Source: Candidatus Binatia bacterium
Lineage (GTDB): Bacteria; Acidobacteriota; Terriglobia; Acidiferrales; UBA7541
Direction of reading: 5' to 3'
Assembly (NCBI GenBank): GCA_035517515.1
Contig: DATIYQ010000181.1
Location: 12,747 to 76,746, forward strand
Length of the DNA stretch: 64,000 nt
In this document: positions 1 to 8,702 of the stretch, piece by piece
Layout of the letters: each line of letters begins with the position of its first letter
Position numbering within the stretch: the stretch's first letter is position 1
The notes under the pieces: model-generated
The model's database searches: none
What the model was told of the DNA's origin: nothing
Seen by the model: the letters and a program-made list of their open reading frames with translations, nothing else
Translations under genes and position numbers: made by a program

Positions 1-646
1 CCCCATACGTGGCTTCGCAAAGCAGATAATCCGCATGTGGAGGGGTGCGCGGATTGTTCAGGATGGGCTGATCGAAGCGGCCGATATCTCCGGAAAACAC
101 CACGATGGTCGTGTGGCCGTTTTCGGTGATGGTCAGCTCCAGGCTGGAGGAGCCCAGAATGTGCCCGGCGTCATAGCCGCGGACGGAGAATTCAGGGCTG
201 ATACGGAATGGATCGCCGCGGGGAATCTCTTTGAGCCGGCCGAGCGCTGCCTGCGCGTCTTCCGTGGTGTAGAGCGGCAGCGGCTGGGGGTGTTTGCTGT
301 AACCCTTGCGCGCGGCATGCTCCGCGTCTTCTTCCTGCAGATGCGCGGAATCGGCCAGCAAGACGCGGGTCAGCTCGCAGGTGGCCTGGTTCGCGCAGAT
401 GGGCCCGCGAAAACCCGCGCTCACCAGGCGCGGGAGCCAGCCGGTGTGGTCAATGTGCGCGTGGGTGAGCACCACCCAGTCAATCGTTTTCGGGTCCACC
501 GGCAACGGCGCCCAGTTGCGCAGCCGCAGTTCCTTCTCGCCCTGAAAGAGGCCGCAATCCACCAGCAGGCGCTTTCCGCCCGCTTCCACCAGGTGTTTGG
601 AACCGGTTACCGTGCCCGCGGCGCCCAGAAAGGTCAGTTTCGGCAT
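1..646 (-). CDS. MBL-fold metallo-hydrolase (possibly beta-CASP RNA-metabolising type), N-terminal part; gene continues past the window start
   Basis: Absent from the ORF track because it runs off the window. Reverse complement from the ATG at 646-644 reads MPKLTFLGAAGTVTGSKHLVEAGGKRLLVDCGLFQGEKELRLRNWAPLPVDPKTIDWVVLTHAHIDHTGWLPRL, which carries the HxHxDH zinc motif (HAHIDH). Tracked + ORF 35..661 is its antisense shadow. Confidence 0.85.
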   Translation of the reverse strand, partial: MPKLTFLGAAGTVTGSKHLVEAGGKRLLVDCGLFQGEKELRLRNWAPLPVDPKTIDWVVLTHAHIDHTGWLPRLVSAGFRGPICANQATCELTRVLLADSAHLQEEDAEHAARKGYSKHPQPLPLYTTEDAQAALGRLKEIPRGDPFRISPEFSVRGYDAGHILGSSSLELTITENGHTTIVVFSGDIGRFDQPILNNPRTPPHADYLLCEATYG

Positions 647-681
647 GGCGCGATATTGTAGTCGATGCGCAGGATTGCTGT

Positions 682-711
682 TTGACGCGTTCTTGGCGGG
701 AATGCTATAAA
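682..711 (+). promoter_or_regulatory. Candidate sigma70-type promoter for tRNA-Ala
   Basis: TTGACG (682-687), 18 nt spacer, TATAAA (706-711). It sits in an AT-rich island about 18 nt upstream of the tRNA 5' end. Motif match only. Confidence 0.4.
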
Positions 712-728
712 CGAATTACTCCTTCGGT

Positions 729-804
729 GGGGCTGTGGCGCAGTTGGGAGCGCGCCTCGATGGCATCGAGGAGGTCGTGGGTTCGAATCCCATCAGCTCC
801 ACCA
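729..804 (+). tRNA. tRNA-Ala (anticodon GGC)
   Basis: 76 nt cloverleaf folded by hand: acceptor GGGGCTG/CAGCTCC with the G3:U70 alanine identity pair, D arm GCGC-AGTTGGGA-GCGC, anticodon arm CCTCG-ATGGCAT-CGAGG (GGC at positions 34-36), T arm GTGGG-TTCGAAT-CCCAT, encoded CCA end. Confidence 0.9.
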
Positions 805-846
805 ATTCCCTACAAAGGGGCTCGCCGGTTCGAAGCGCGCGCGGGC

Positions 847-2112
847 TCATGAATCCCTCCGCAGCGCAGAATCCTGGACGCGGCCCTTCCAGCGGCCGCC
901 GGCCCCCCGCCAATAGAGAACCGCCGAGCAAACCGTCGCGCCCATGTAAAAGCAGGCGATCAGAGGCAGCAGGGGCGCCCACAAGGGTGAGCACCGGTAA
1001 AAGCGCAACGTAGGCCAGTACAGAAGCGACATCAGCATCCACGCGCCGCCGCCCAAAATGGCGGGCCACAAGAAGGTTGTTGCGCTCGCCGCGGGCCAGG
1101 CAGCGAAAGCAAGCAGAACCGGCGAGGTCAGAAACGTGACGACCATCCCGGCCAGGGTCGCGGCAAGCAGCAACGGGGAATGGCGAAGCTGTGTGAAGGC
1201 GGTCCGGGCAATCATGGCGCCGATTCCGCGCCAGCCGGAGTAAGGCCGCAGGCTCCGCGTCTCCTGCGCCGCGGCCAGCCAAATCCCGCCGCCCTGTTTC
1301 ACCGCCCGGGCCAGCGCGCAATCGTCAATCAATTCGCCGCGGATCACCTCCAGGCCACCGATGCGCTCCAGGGCGGCACGCCGTACCAGCATGCAGCCGC
1401 CGGCCGCCGCGGCCGTGCGGCGGTCTGTGCGCGCGACCCACGCCGGCGGATAAAGCATAAAGAAAAAGAAAACAAAAGCGGGAATCAGCGCTTGCTCCGC
1501 CGGCGATTCGCACCAGAGCCGCGCCATCAGCGACACCATGTCGTAATTGCCCGTTTCTGCGCACGCCACCAACTCCGCCAGCTCGTGCACAGGGTGCTGG
1601 ATGTCCGCGTCGGTCAGGAGGTAGAAGTCGGCCTCGAAGCTTTGCGCTGCGCGCAACCCCTCTGCCTGCGCCCACACCTTTCCGGTCCACCCCGGGGGAA
1701 GCGGCCGCGCGCGCACTACGTTCAGACGATTCGCCGCCCCCGCCAGCTCCGCCGCGCGCTGCGCGGCCTCTGCGGTGCCGTCTGTGCTGTGGTCATCAAC
1801 CAGAAATACGATCAGCCGCCCGGCAAAATCCTGGGCGAAGAGAGACGCGAGGGCGCGTCCCACCAGGTCCGCTTCGTTGCGCGCCGGAACGATCGCGGCG
1901 ATGGACGGCTCGGGGGGAGTCTCCCGCGCAATCGCACGGTTCGGCGCCGGCATCCTCCAGAATCCGCCGCGGCCGGCGGCCAGGTAGAGCCAGATTCCAA
2001 AAGCAACGCTTCCGGTGACCTCTGCGATCATCTGTTTGAGCAGCGCTTCTCCAGCGCCCAGTTTAGGCGAGCAGCCTCCAATTCCCCAGCACCTGTCCTG
2101 AGGCGCGGGCAT
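847..2112 (-). CDS. Family 2 glycosyltransferase, membrane-anchored (HpnB/ceramide-glucosyltransferase-like architecture)
   Basis: Tracked 421 aa ORF. GT2 motifs IVPARNEADLV, LIVFLVDDHSTDGT, LPPGWTGKVWA and LLTDADI, followed by hydrophobic C-terminal helices. A more likely start is the internal ATG at 2031 (MIAEVTGSVAFGIWLYL...). Confidence 0.8.
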   Translation of the reverse strand: MPAPQDRCWGIGGCSPKLGAGEALLKQMIAEVTGSVAFGIWLYLAAGRGGFWRMPAPNRAIARETPPEPSIAAIVPARNEADLVGRALASLFAQDFAGRLIVFLVDDHSTDGTAEAAQRAAELAGAANRLNVVRARPLPPGWTGKVWAQAEGLRAAQSFEADFYLLTDADIQHPVHELAELVACAETGNYDMVSLMARLWCESPAEQALIPAFVFFFFMLYPPAWVARTDRRTAAAAGGCMLVRRAALERIGGLEVIRGELIDDCALARAVKQGGGIWLAAAQETRSLRPYSGWRGIGAMIARTAFTQLRHSPLLLAATLAGMVVTFLTSPVLLAFAAWPAASATTFLWPAILGGGAWMLMSLLYWPTLRFYRCSPLWAPLLPLIACFYMGATVCSAVLYWRGAGGRWKGRVQDSALRRDS

Positions 2113-2169
2113 CTAACTGGGTCCGGATGGGACCATCCCCGCGAAAGGCGATGGTCCCGGGAGGGCGGA

Positions 2170-3546
2170 ATGGCCACACAGTTTGACGCCATCATCATCG
2201 GCACCGGCCAGGCTGGACCGTCCCTGGCAGCGCGTCTAGCCGGGGCGGGAATGAGAGTGGCCATCATCGAGCGGAAGCGATTCGGCGGCACCTGCGTGAA
2301 TACCGGCTGCATTCCCACGAAGACCATGGTTGCCAGCGCGTATGCCGCCCGCCTGGCGCGGCGTTCCGCGGAGTACGGCGTGGTCCTGGGCGCAGAGGTG
2401 ACCGTGGACATGCGCCGCGTGAAAGCGCGCAAAGACGAAATCTCCGGGCGCTCCAGCACCGGCGTGGAGACCTGGCTCAAGGGCCTGGCCAACTGCACGG
2501 TCTATCAGGGACACGCGCGCCTGGAGTCGCCGCGCGAGGTTCGTGTCGGTTCCGAGGTGCTCAGCGCCGAAAAGATATTCCTGGACGTGGGCGGCCGCGC
2601 GGCCACCCCTCCGGTCGCCGGTCTGGATCAGGTGAGCTTTCTGGATAATTCCTCGATGATGCAGGTGGATTTTCTTCCGCGTCATCTGGCCATTGTGGGC
2701 GGCGGCTATATCGGTCTGGAGTTCGGGCAGATGTTTCGACGCTTCGGCAGCGAGGTGACGATCATCGAGATGGGTCCCCGGCTGGTCAGCCACGAGGATG
2801 AAGACGTCTCGAAGGCAATCCGGGAAATCCTGGAAGCGGAAGGCATCCACATGCGCGTGAACGCGGAGTGCATCCGCGCCTCCCGGCACGCGAATGGAAT
2901 TCAGGTGAGCGTGAACTGCACCGAGGGCCCGCCGGACATCGTCGCTTCGCACCTGCTGTTGGCCGCCGGCCGGCGCCCCAACACCGATGATCTTGGGCTG
3001 GACCGCGCGGGGGTGGCCCGCGACGCACACGGATTCATACCGGTGGACGATGAACTGCGCACGAATGTTCCCGGCATCTGGGCGCTGGGAGAATGCAACG
3101 GGCGCGGCGCCTTTACGCACACGGCATACAACGATTTTGAAATCGTAGCCGCAAATCTGCTGGACAACGACCCGCGCCGGGTGAGCGATCGCATCCCCGC
3201 TTATAACCTCTATGTGGATCCCCCGCTCGGCCGCGCCGGAATGACCGAGGCGGAGGTCCGCCGCTCCGGGCGCCCGGCGCTGATGGCCACGATGCCCATG
3301 ACCCGCGTGGGCCGCGCGCGAGAGAAGGGAGAGACCTTGGGGTTCATGAAAATTCTGGTAGATGCGGAGAACAAGAAAATACTGGGAGCGTCGATTCTGG
3401 GCACCGGCGGCGATGAAGCAATTCACTGCATTCTGGATATCATGTACGCAGGCGCTTCATTCACCGTCCTGCAGCGTGCCGTGCACATCCACCCGACCGT
3501 ATCTGAGCTTGTTCCGACGCTGCTGGGCGGCTTAAAGCCTCTGTAG
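2170..3546 (+). CDS. Class I FAD/NAD(P)H pyridine nucleotide-disulfide oxidoreductase (RclA/MerA-like, lacks the MerA C-terminal Cys pair)
   Basis: The real gene is the C-terminal 458 aa of tracked ORF 1180..3546, starting at the in-frame ATG at 2170. It reads MATQFDAIIIGTGQAGPSLA (FAD GxGxxG) and GGTCVNTGCIPTK (redox CxxxxC). A second dinucleotide fold is IVGGGYIGLE, and a C-terminal HIHPTVSE His-Glu dyad is present. The upstream 330 codons are R/P/H-rich antisense of the GT2 gene. Confidence 0.85.
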   Translation: MATQFDAIIIGTGQAGPSLAARLAGAGMRVAIIERKRFGGTCVNTGCIPTKTMVASAYAARLARRSAEYGVVLGAEVTVDMRRVKARKDEISGRSSTGVETWLKGLANCTVYQGHARLESPREVRVGSEVLSAEKIFLDVGGRAATPPVAGLDQVSFLDNSSMMQVDFLPRHLAIVGGGYIGLEFGQMFRRFGSEVTIIEMGPRLVSHEDEDVSKAIREILEAEGIHMRVNAECIRASRHANGIQVSVNCTEGPPDIVASHLLLAAGRRPNTDDLGLDRAGVARDAHGFIPVDDELRTNVPGIWALGECNGRGAFTHTAYNDFEIVAANLLDNDPRRVSDRIPAYNLYVDPPLGRAGMTEAEVRRSGRPALMATMPMTRVGRAREKGETLGFMKILVDAENKKILGASILGTGGDEAIHCILDIMYAGASFTVLQRAVHIHPTVSELVPTLLGGLKPL

Positions 3547-3581
3547 CGCAGTCCTGGCGCAACAGGATGGACCATACCAAG

Positions 3582-3610
3582 TTGGACCGCCCGCGCATCT
3601 ATTAGAGAAT
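3582..3610 (+). promoter_or_regulatory. Candidate promoter plus AT-rich inverted repeat upstream of msrP
   Basis: TTGGAC (3582-3587), 17 nt spacer, GAGAAT (3605-3610). It overlaps the inverted repeat TCTATT-AGAG-AATAGA (3598-3613), which stands out in the GC-rich background about 45 nt before the msrP ATG. Confidence 0.3.
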
Positions 3611-3653
3611 AGAAGGGCCGGGGCAAGGATTCGGTCGCCAGGAAAGGCGGGCC

Positions 3654-4616
<963 letters not shown>

Positions 4617-4620
4617 CGGC

Positions 4621-5262
4621 ATGACCACCGAGCGATTTATCCGCCTCTCGAAGCCGGTGGTTTTTCTCGCGTGCCTGGTGCCGCTGGGCCTGCTCGCCCG
4701 GAAGGGAATTGAGGGGCGGCTGGGCGCCAACCCCATCGAGGTCATCACTCACTCCACCGGCGATTGGACGCTGATTTTTCTGTGCATCACGCTGGCGGTG
4801 ACTCCCCTGCGCCGGTTCCTGCGCCTGCCCTGGCTGGTGCGTTATCGCCGCATGGCTGGATTGTTCGCGTTTTTCTACGCGCTGCTGCACCTGCTGACCT
4901 TCGTGGTGCTGGACAAATTTTTCGATTGGCACGCCATGGTGCTGGACGTTTACAAGCGGCCGTTCATCACCGCCGGTTTCACCGCCTTCGTGCTGCTGGT
5001 TCCGCTGGCGGTCACGTCCACGGCGGGAATGATTCGCCGGTTGGGCGGGCGGCGATGGCAGTTACTCCACCGCCTGGTCTATGTCAGCGCGCTGGCCGGG
5101 GTGATTCACTACTACTGGCTGGTGAAGGCGGATGTGACGTTGCCGCTGCGTTACGCCGCGGTCGTGGGATTCCTTCTGGCTTGCCGCGTTGCCCTCTATT
5201 TTGCCGACCGCCGCCGTTCCGCGCCCGCCGCGCCTGCTTACGCCGAACGCACGAGTCCCTGA
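4621..5262 (+). CDS. msrQ: Protein-methionine-sulfoxide reductase haem-binding membrane subunit MsrQ (YedZ)
   Basis: In-frame ATG at 4621, 4 nt after the msrP stop. It reads MTTERFIRLSKPVVFLACLVPLGLL... and is polytopic and ferric-reductase-like, with conserved His in the helices (HSTGDW, ALLHLLTF, GVIHYYW). The tracked start at 4465 overlaps msrP and is rejected. Confidence 0.85.
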   Translation: MTTERFIRLSKPVVFLACLVPLGLLARKGIEGRLGANPIEVITHSTGDWTLIFLCITLAVTPLRRFLRLPWLVRYRRMAGLFAFFYALLHLLTFVVLDKFFDWHAMVLDVYKRPFITAGFTAFVLLVPLAVTSTAGMIRRLGGRRWQLLHRLVYVSALAGVIHYYWLVKADVTLPLRYAAVVGFLLACRVALYFADRRRSAPAAPAYAERTSP

Positions 5263-5285
5263 TTCCGCCTTCGGGCTGCGGCGCT

Positions 5286-6062
5286 CTAGGCGGTACCCCC
5301 GCCGTCCACCACCAGCGCAGTGCCGGTGATAAAGCGCGCGGCATCTCCGGCCAGGAAGACGGCGGCGTCGGCGATTTCGTTGGGCCGGGCGATGCGCCGG
5401 AGCGGACGCCGCGCGGCCTCCGCCAGAAATTCCGCCTCGCTGACTCCCAGTTGCCGCGCCTCCTGCCGCAGCATGGGCGTATCCGTGTCGCCGGGACACA
5501 GGCAATTCACGCGCACGCCCTGCGGGCCGTGATCGATGGCCATGGCCTTGGTCAGCAGAACCACCGCGCCTTTCGAGGCGCAATAGGCCGCAGCCCGCGG
5601 CCCCGCGGCCACTCCCCAGCCGGAGGCCAGGTTCACAATCGCGCCGTGCGCCGCGGCCAGGCGCGGCAGGGCGGCGCGCGACATCAGGAACACGGATTTT
5701 GCATTCACGTCCATCACCCGGTCCCAGTCTTGTTCGCTCAGTTCGGTCACCGTGGCGCGGCGGATGATTCCCGCGCAGTTCACCAGGATGTGCAGGGCGC
5801 CGAACGCGGCCACGGCTTCTGCGACGGCGCGCGCGCAGTCTTCCGCGCGGCTTACGTCCACGCGCACAAAACACGCGCGTCCGCCCGTGTGTGTAATTTC
5901 TTCCGCGGCCGCGCGCCCGCCCGCTTCGTCCACGTCCGCCAGGCAAACGACCGAGCCTTCCCGCGCGAATCGTGCGGCAATCGCCCGGCCGATTCCAGAG
6001 GCGGCCCCGGTGACCAGGGCCACGCGCCCTTCGAGTGCCCCGGGGGACGGAATTGAATTCAT
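5286..6062 (-). CDS. SDR family oxidoreductase
   Basis: C-terminal 258 aa of tracked ORF 5286..6611, from the ATG at 6062: MNSIPSPGALEGRVALVTGAASGIGRAIA (TGxxxGIG), NCAG, and catalytic YCASK. Confidence 0.85.
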   Translation of the reverse strand: MNSIPSPGALEGRVALVTGAASGIGRAIAARFAREGSVVCLADVDEAGGRAAAEEITHTGGRACFVRVDVSRAEDCARAVAEAVAAFGALHILVNCAGIIRRATVTELSEQDWDRVMDVNAKSVFLMSRAALPRLAAAHGAIVNLASGWGVAAGPRAAAYCASKGAVVLLTKAMAIDHGPQGVRVNCLCPGDTDTPMLRQEARQLGVSEAEFLAEAARRPLRRIARPNEIADAAVFLAGDAARFITGTALVVDGGGTA

Positions 6063-6166
6063 CGGCTGATTCTCCGTCCAGTGGTGGGATACATGGCCCT
6101 GTGCGTTGCCCGGTGCCGTCTGCGTTTCTGCGCTCTCTTTTTCCGGCCTGGTCCGCTGCGGCCGGA

Positions 6167-6919
6167 TCACCGGCTGGCCAGATCTCCCGCGGTCTCCCCT
6201 CCGTCCATCACCAGCACCTGCCCGGTGATGTACTGGGCATCGTCCGAGGCGAGAAACGCAAACAATCCGGCAATCTCCTCCGGCCGGGCATGGCGCCGCA
6301 GCGGAATTTTGCGGTTCACCTCTTCCAGCATCTCGTCGGAGTATTCGGCGCGCTGCAGGGGGGTGAGCACATATCCCGGAGCGATCGCGTTGACCCGCAC
6401 GCGTGGCGCCAGCTCCAGGGCCATCGTTTTCGTCAGCGAAATGACTCCGGCCTTGGTGGCGTTGTAGTCCGCGTACCACGGGTGCCCGGCCATACCGTTG
6501 GTGGAAGCGGTTTGCAGGATCACTCCCGAGCCGCGCTCCACCATGTGCCGCGCCGCGGTTTGGGCCACGTAGAACACGCCGGTCAGGTTGACGGCCATCA
6601 CCTGGTCCCATTCGGCCGCGGTGATCTCCAGGAAGCCGTGGCGAATGCTGATGCCGGCATTATTGATGGCCACGTCCACGGAGCCCATCCGCGCGATGGC
6701 TTCGCGGAACGCGGCCTGCACCTGATCCAGTTGCGAGACGTCTACGCGCAACGCCGCGGCCAGCCCCGGGAGTTCGCGCAGGATGCGATCGCAGCCGGCG
6801 GCGTCGCGATCCAGCACGCACACCCGGGCACCCTCTTCGAGAAACCGGGCCGCGGTGGCCGCGCCAATCCCGCTGGCCCCGCCGGTGATGACCACCCCTT
6901 TCCCTGCTACACCGCGCAT
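6167..6919 (-). CDS. SDR family oxidoreductase
   Basis: Tracked 250 aa ORF with KGVVITGGASGIGAATA, NNAG and YNATK motifs. Confidence 0.85.
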   Translation of the reverse strand: MRGVAGKGVVITGGASGIGAATAARFLEEGARVCVLDRDAAGCDRILRELPGLAAALRVDVSQLDQVQAAFREAIARMGSVDVAINNAGISIRHGFLEITAAEWDQVMAVNLTGVFYVAQTAARHMVERGSGVILQTASTNGMAGHPWYADYNATKAGVISLTKTMALELAPRVRVNAIAPGYVLTPLQRAEYSDEMLEEVNRKIPLRRHARPEEIAGLFAFLASDDAQYITGQVLVMDGGETAGDLASR

Positions 6920-7107
6920 CCGCCGTCCCTCCGTGTCTTGGAACTCTTGCGCGAACGAAGCCCAGAGTATACGCCAGGCCTGTGGCGGGCCGGCTCCGCT
7001 CCTCGTGTCCTTCCACTACCCTGCGTACACGATCGCTCCCGGCGGGCATTCCATGCAGGCAACGCAAAGCGGCTGTTTGCTACTCTTAGTTCACAGGCCA
7101 GCCGTCT

Positions 7108-7136
7108 GGAACAAGTTGAGGGTAACCGGTGTCTAA
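7108..7136 (+). promoter_or_regulatory. Candidate ECF-type (autoregulated) promoter
   Basis: GGAAC (7108-7112), then 19 nt, then TCTAA (7132-7136). This resembles the GGAAC...TCTRA class of ECF sigma promoters and lies about 100 nt upstream of the ATG at 7234. Motif match only. Confidence 0.3.
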
Positions 7137-7233
7137 CTCTAAGCAGAGTCACTTCGCGCTGCCGCCCGCAGGCGCGGTATCGGGCCCCGGGAGCGGCGCG
7201 CGAGCCGGCGAGACCGGAGAGGACCCATCCCGG

Positions 7234-7887
7234 ATGGGCGAAATGGCGCAGGCGCTCGCCTGGGGGCGCAATGAACTCGAAGTCGTCCAGGAGCTGCAGG
7301 CCGGCTCCACGGAGGCGTTCGACGCGCTGATCCAGCGCTATCACGCGCCCGTCTTCCGCCTGCTCTCCCAGATGCTGGGCAACTCCGCAGACGCAGCGGA
7401 CGCCACTCAGGAAGTGTTTCTCAAAGCGTTTCGCGGGATTCGCGGCTTCCGCTGCAGCAGTTCGCTGAAGACCTGGCTGTATCGCATCGCCGTCCGGGAA
7501 GCCTTGAACCGCCGCCGATGGTGGCACCGTCATCAGTCCCGCGAGTCCTCCTATGACGACACGGAAAAGGGTTGCGGCCACGCCCTGGTCGCCGCACAGG
7601 AGCCCAGCCCCTATGACCGCTGCGCCGCGCGGGAAGCGCGCGAGGCCGTGCACCGGGCCCTGGCCATGCTGCCGGAGGCGTTTCGCAACGCCGTGGTCTT
7701 GCGAGATATCGAAGACCTCTCCTACGAAGAAGTGGCCGAAGTTTTGGACGTATCCATCGGCACGGTCAAGTCGCGCATCCTGCGCGGCCGGCGGGCCTTG
7801 CGTGAATTGCTCGATCCCGAACGGACTCCGGCCGCTGCGCCGCAGACCGGGCGCCTGGCGCGGGAGATGGCAGGAGGTGAATCATGA
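7234..7887 (+). CDS. RNA polymerase ECF sigma factor (sigma-70 family, group 4)
   Basis: Region 2 reads FDALIQRYHAPVFRLLSQMLGNSADAADATQEVFLKAF and region 4 reads LPEAFRNAVVLRDIEDLSYEEVAEVLDVSIGTVKSRILRGRRAL. The tracked ORF starts at GTG 7129, but I prefer ATG 7234 because the promoter-like motif overlaps 7129. Confidence 0.85.
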   Translation: MGEMAQALAWGRNELEVVQELQAGSTEAFDALIQRYHAPVFRLLSQMLGNSADAADATQEVFLKAFRGIRGFRCSSSLKTWLYRIAVREALNRRRWWHRHQSRESSYDDTEKGCGHALVAAQEPSPYDRCAAREAREAVHRALAMLPEAFRNAVVLRDIEDLSYEEVAEVLDVSIGTVKSRILRGRRALRELLDPERTPAAAPQTGRLAREMAGGES

Positions 7888-8576
7888 CCTGCCGCACGAT
7901 TCGCAAAAAGCTTCCGGGTTATCTGGACGGAGCCCTTTCCGCCTCGGAGCATGCCGCGCTCTCCCGCCATCTTCCCGGTTGTGAGGAATGTCGCGGCATT
8001 TTGCAGGACTACACGCGGATGGCCGGTCTCTTGGCGAGGACGGAGTCTGCCGGCGTTCCCGCGGATCTCGCGCTGCGCATCCGTCTGGCGGTGGCGGCGG
8101 CGCGACGGGATACCTGGCTGGCGCGCATGCGCCGCGCCGCCCGGCGCATGCTGGAGGACATTCTGGAGCCTTTGGCTGTTCCCGCCACCGGTGGAGTGGC
8201 CATGTCCCTGCTCATTTATGCCTTCGTTCTGCACAGCCTGCTGTTGGGAGTACCTGTGGGCGCCGTTCCTAACGACCAGCCCACCCAGTTGTTCCGGCCC
8301 GCGCGCCTGCAGACGCTTTCTGCGGTTCCCGCGATGGCCGCCGGCCCGTTCGTTCCGGCGCTCGGCCCCGAGGTGGGTCCGGTGGAGTTCACCATCAACG
8401 AGCACGGCCAGGCGGTCAGCTATCAGGTGCTGTACGGCACTCCGGACCGCGCCACGCTCCGCCAACTGGATCATTTGCTGCTCTTCTCTCAATTCCAGCC
8501 GCAGTTGAGTTTTGGCCAGCCCATCTCCGGCGGCCGCGTAGTGGTGCAGTTCGACGAGCTGCAAGTCCGCGACTAG
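7884..8576 (+). CDS. Anti-sigma factor, zf-HC2 type, single-pass membrane protein
   Basis: The start overlaps the sigma stop (ATGA at 7884-7887). The N-terminus carries the H-x3-C-x2-C motif (HLPGCEEC), and there is one central TM helix (GGVAMSLLIYAFVLHSLLLGV). Confidence 0.75.
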   Translation: MTCRTIRKKLPGYLDGALSASEHAALSRHLPGCEECRGILQDYTRMAGLLARTESAGVPADLALRIRLAVAAARRDTWLARMRRAARRMLEDILEPLAVPATGGVAMSLLIYAFVLHSLLLGVPVGAVPNDQPTQLFRPARLQTLSAVPAMAAGPFVPALGPEVGPVEFTINEHGQAVSYQVLYGTPDRATLRQLDHLLLFSQFQPQLSFGQPISGGRVVVQFDELQVRD

Positions 8577-8702
8577 CGCAAACCTTGCTTTGCGCGGGCC
8601 GCGGGAGGGGCGGCACTCATCTTGGTTTCTCCTGGCCTGCCTTGACTCACCGTCAGCCGCCCGTTAGATTGAACGGGCCGGCCTGGAATCAGCGCATGGC
8701 GC

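Noticed and set aside
35-661. 208-aa + strand ORF at the window start
   Set aside because: The opposite strand encodes an MBL-fold hydrolase with the HxHxDH motif starting at 646. The + ORF is its shadow.
1180-2169. N-terminal 330 codons of tracked ORF 1180..3546
   Set aside because: This part overlaps the GT2 gene in antisense and is R/P/H-rich. The flavoprotein clearly begins at ATG 2170 with its FAD-binding GxGxxG.
6063-6166. CCGGCC-N11-GGCCGG hairpin between the two SDR genes as an intrinsic terminator
   Set aside because: The T/A tract is on the wrong side of the stem for either transcription direction.
8576-8595. GCGCAAA-CCTTGC-TTTGCGC hairpin right after the anti-sigma stop as a terminator
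   Set aside because: The stem is a perfect 7 bp, but no U-tract follows. It may be a weak attenuator or nothing, and is not reportable as a terminator.
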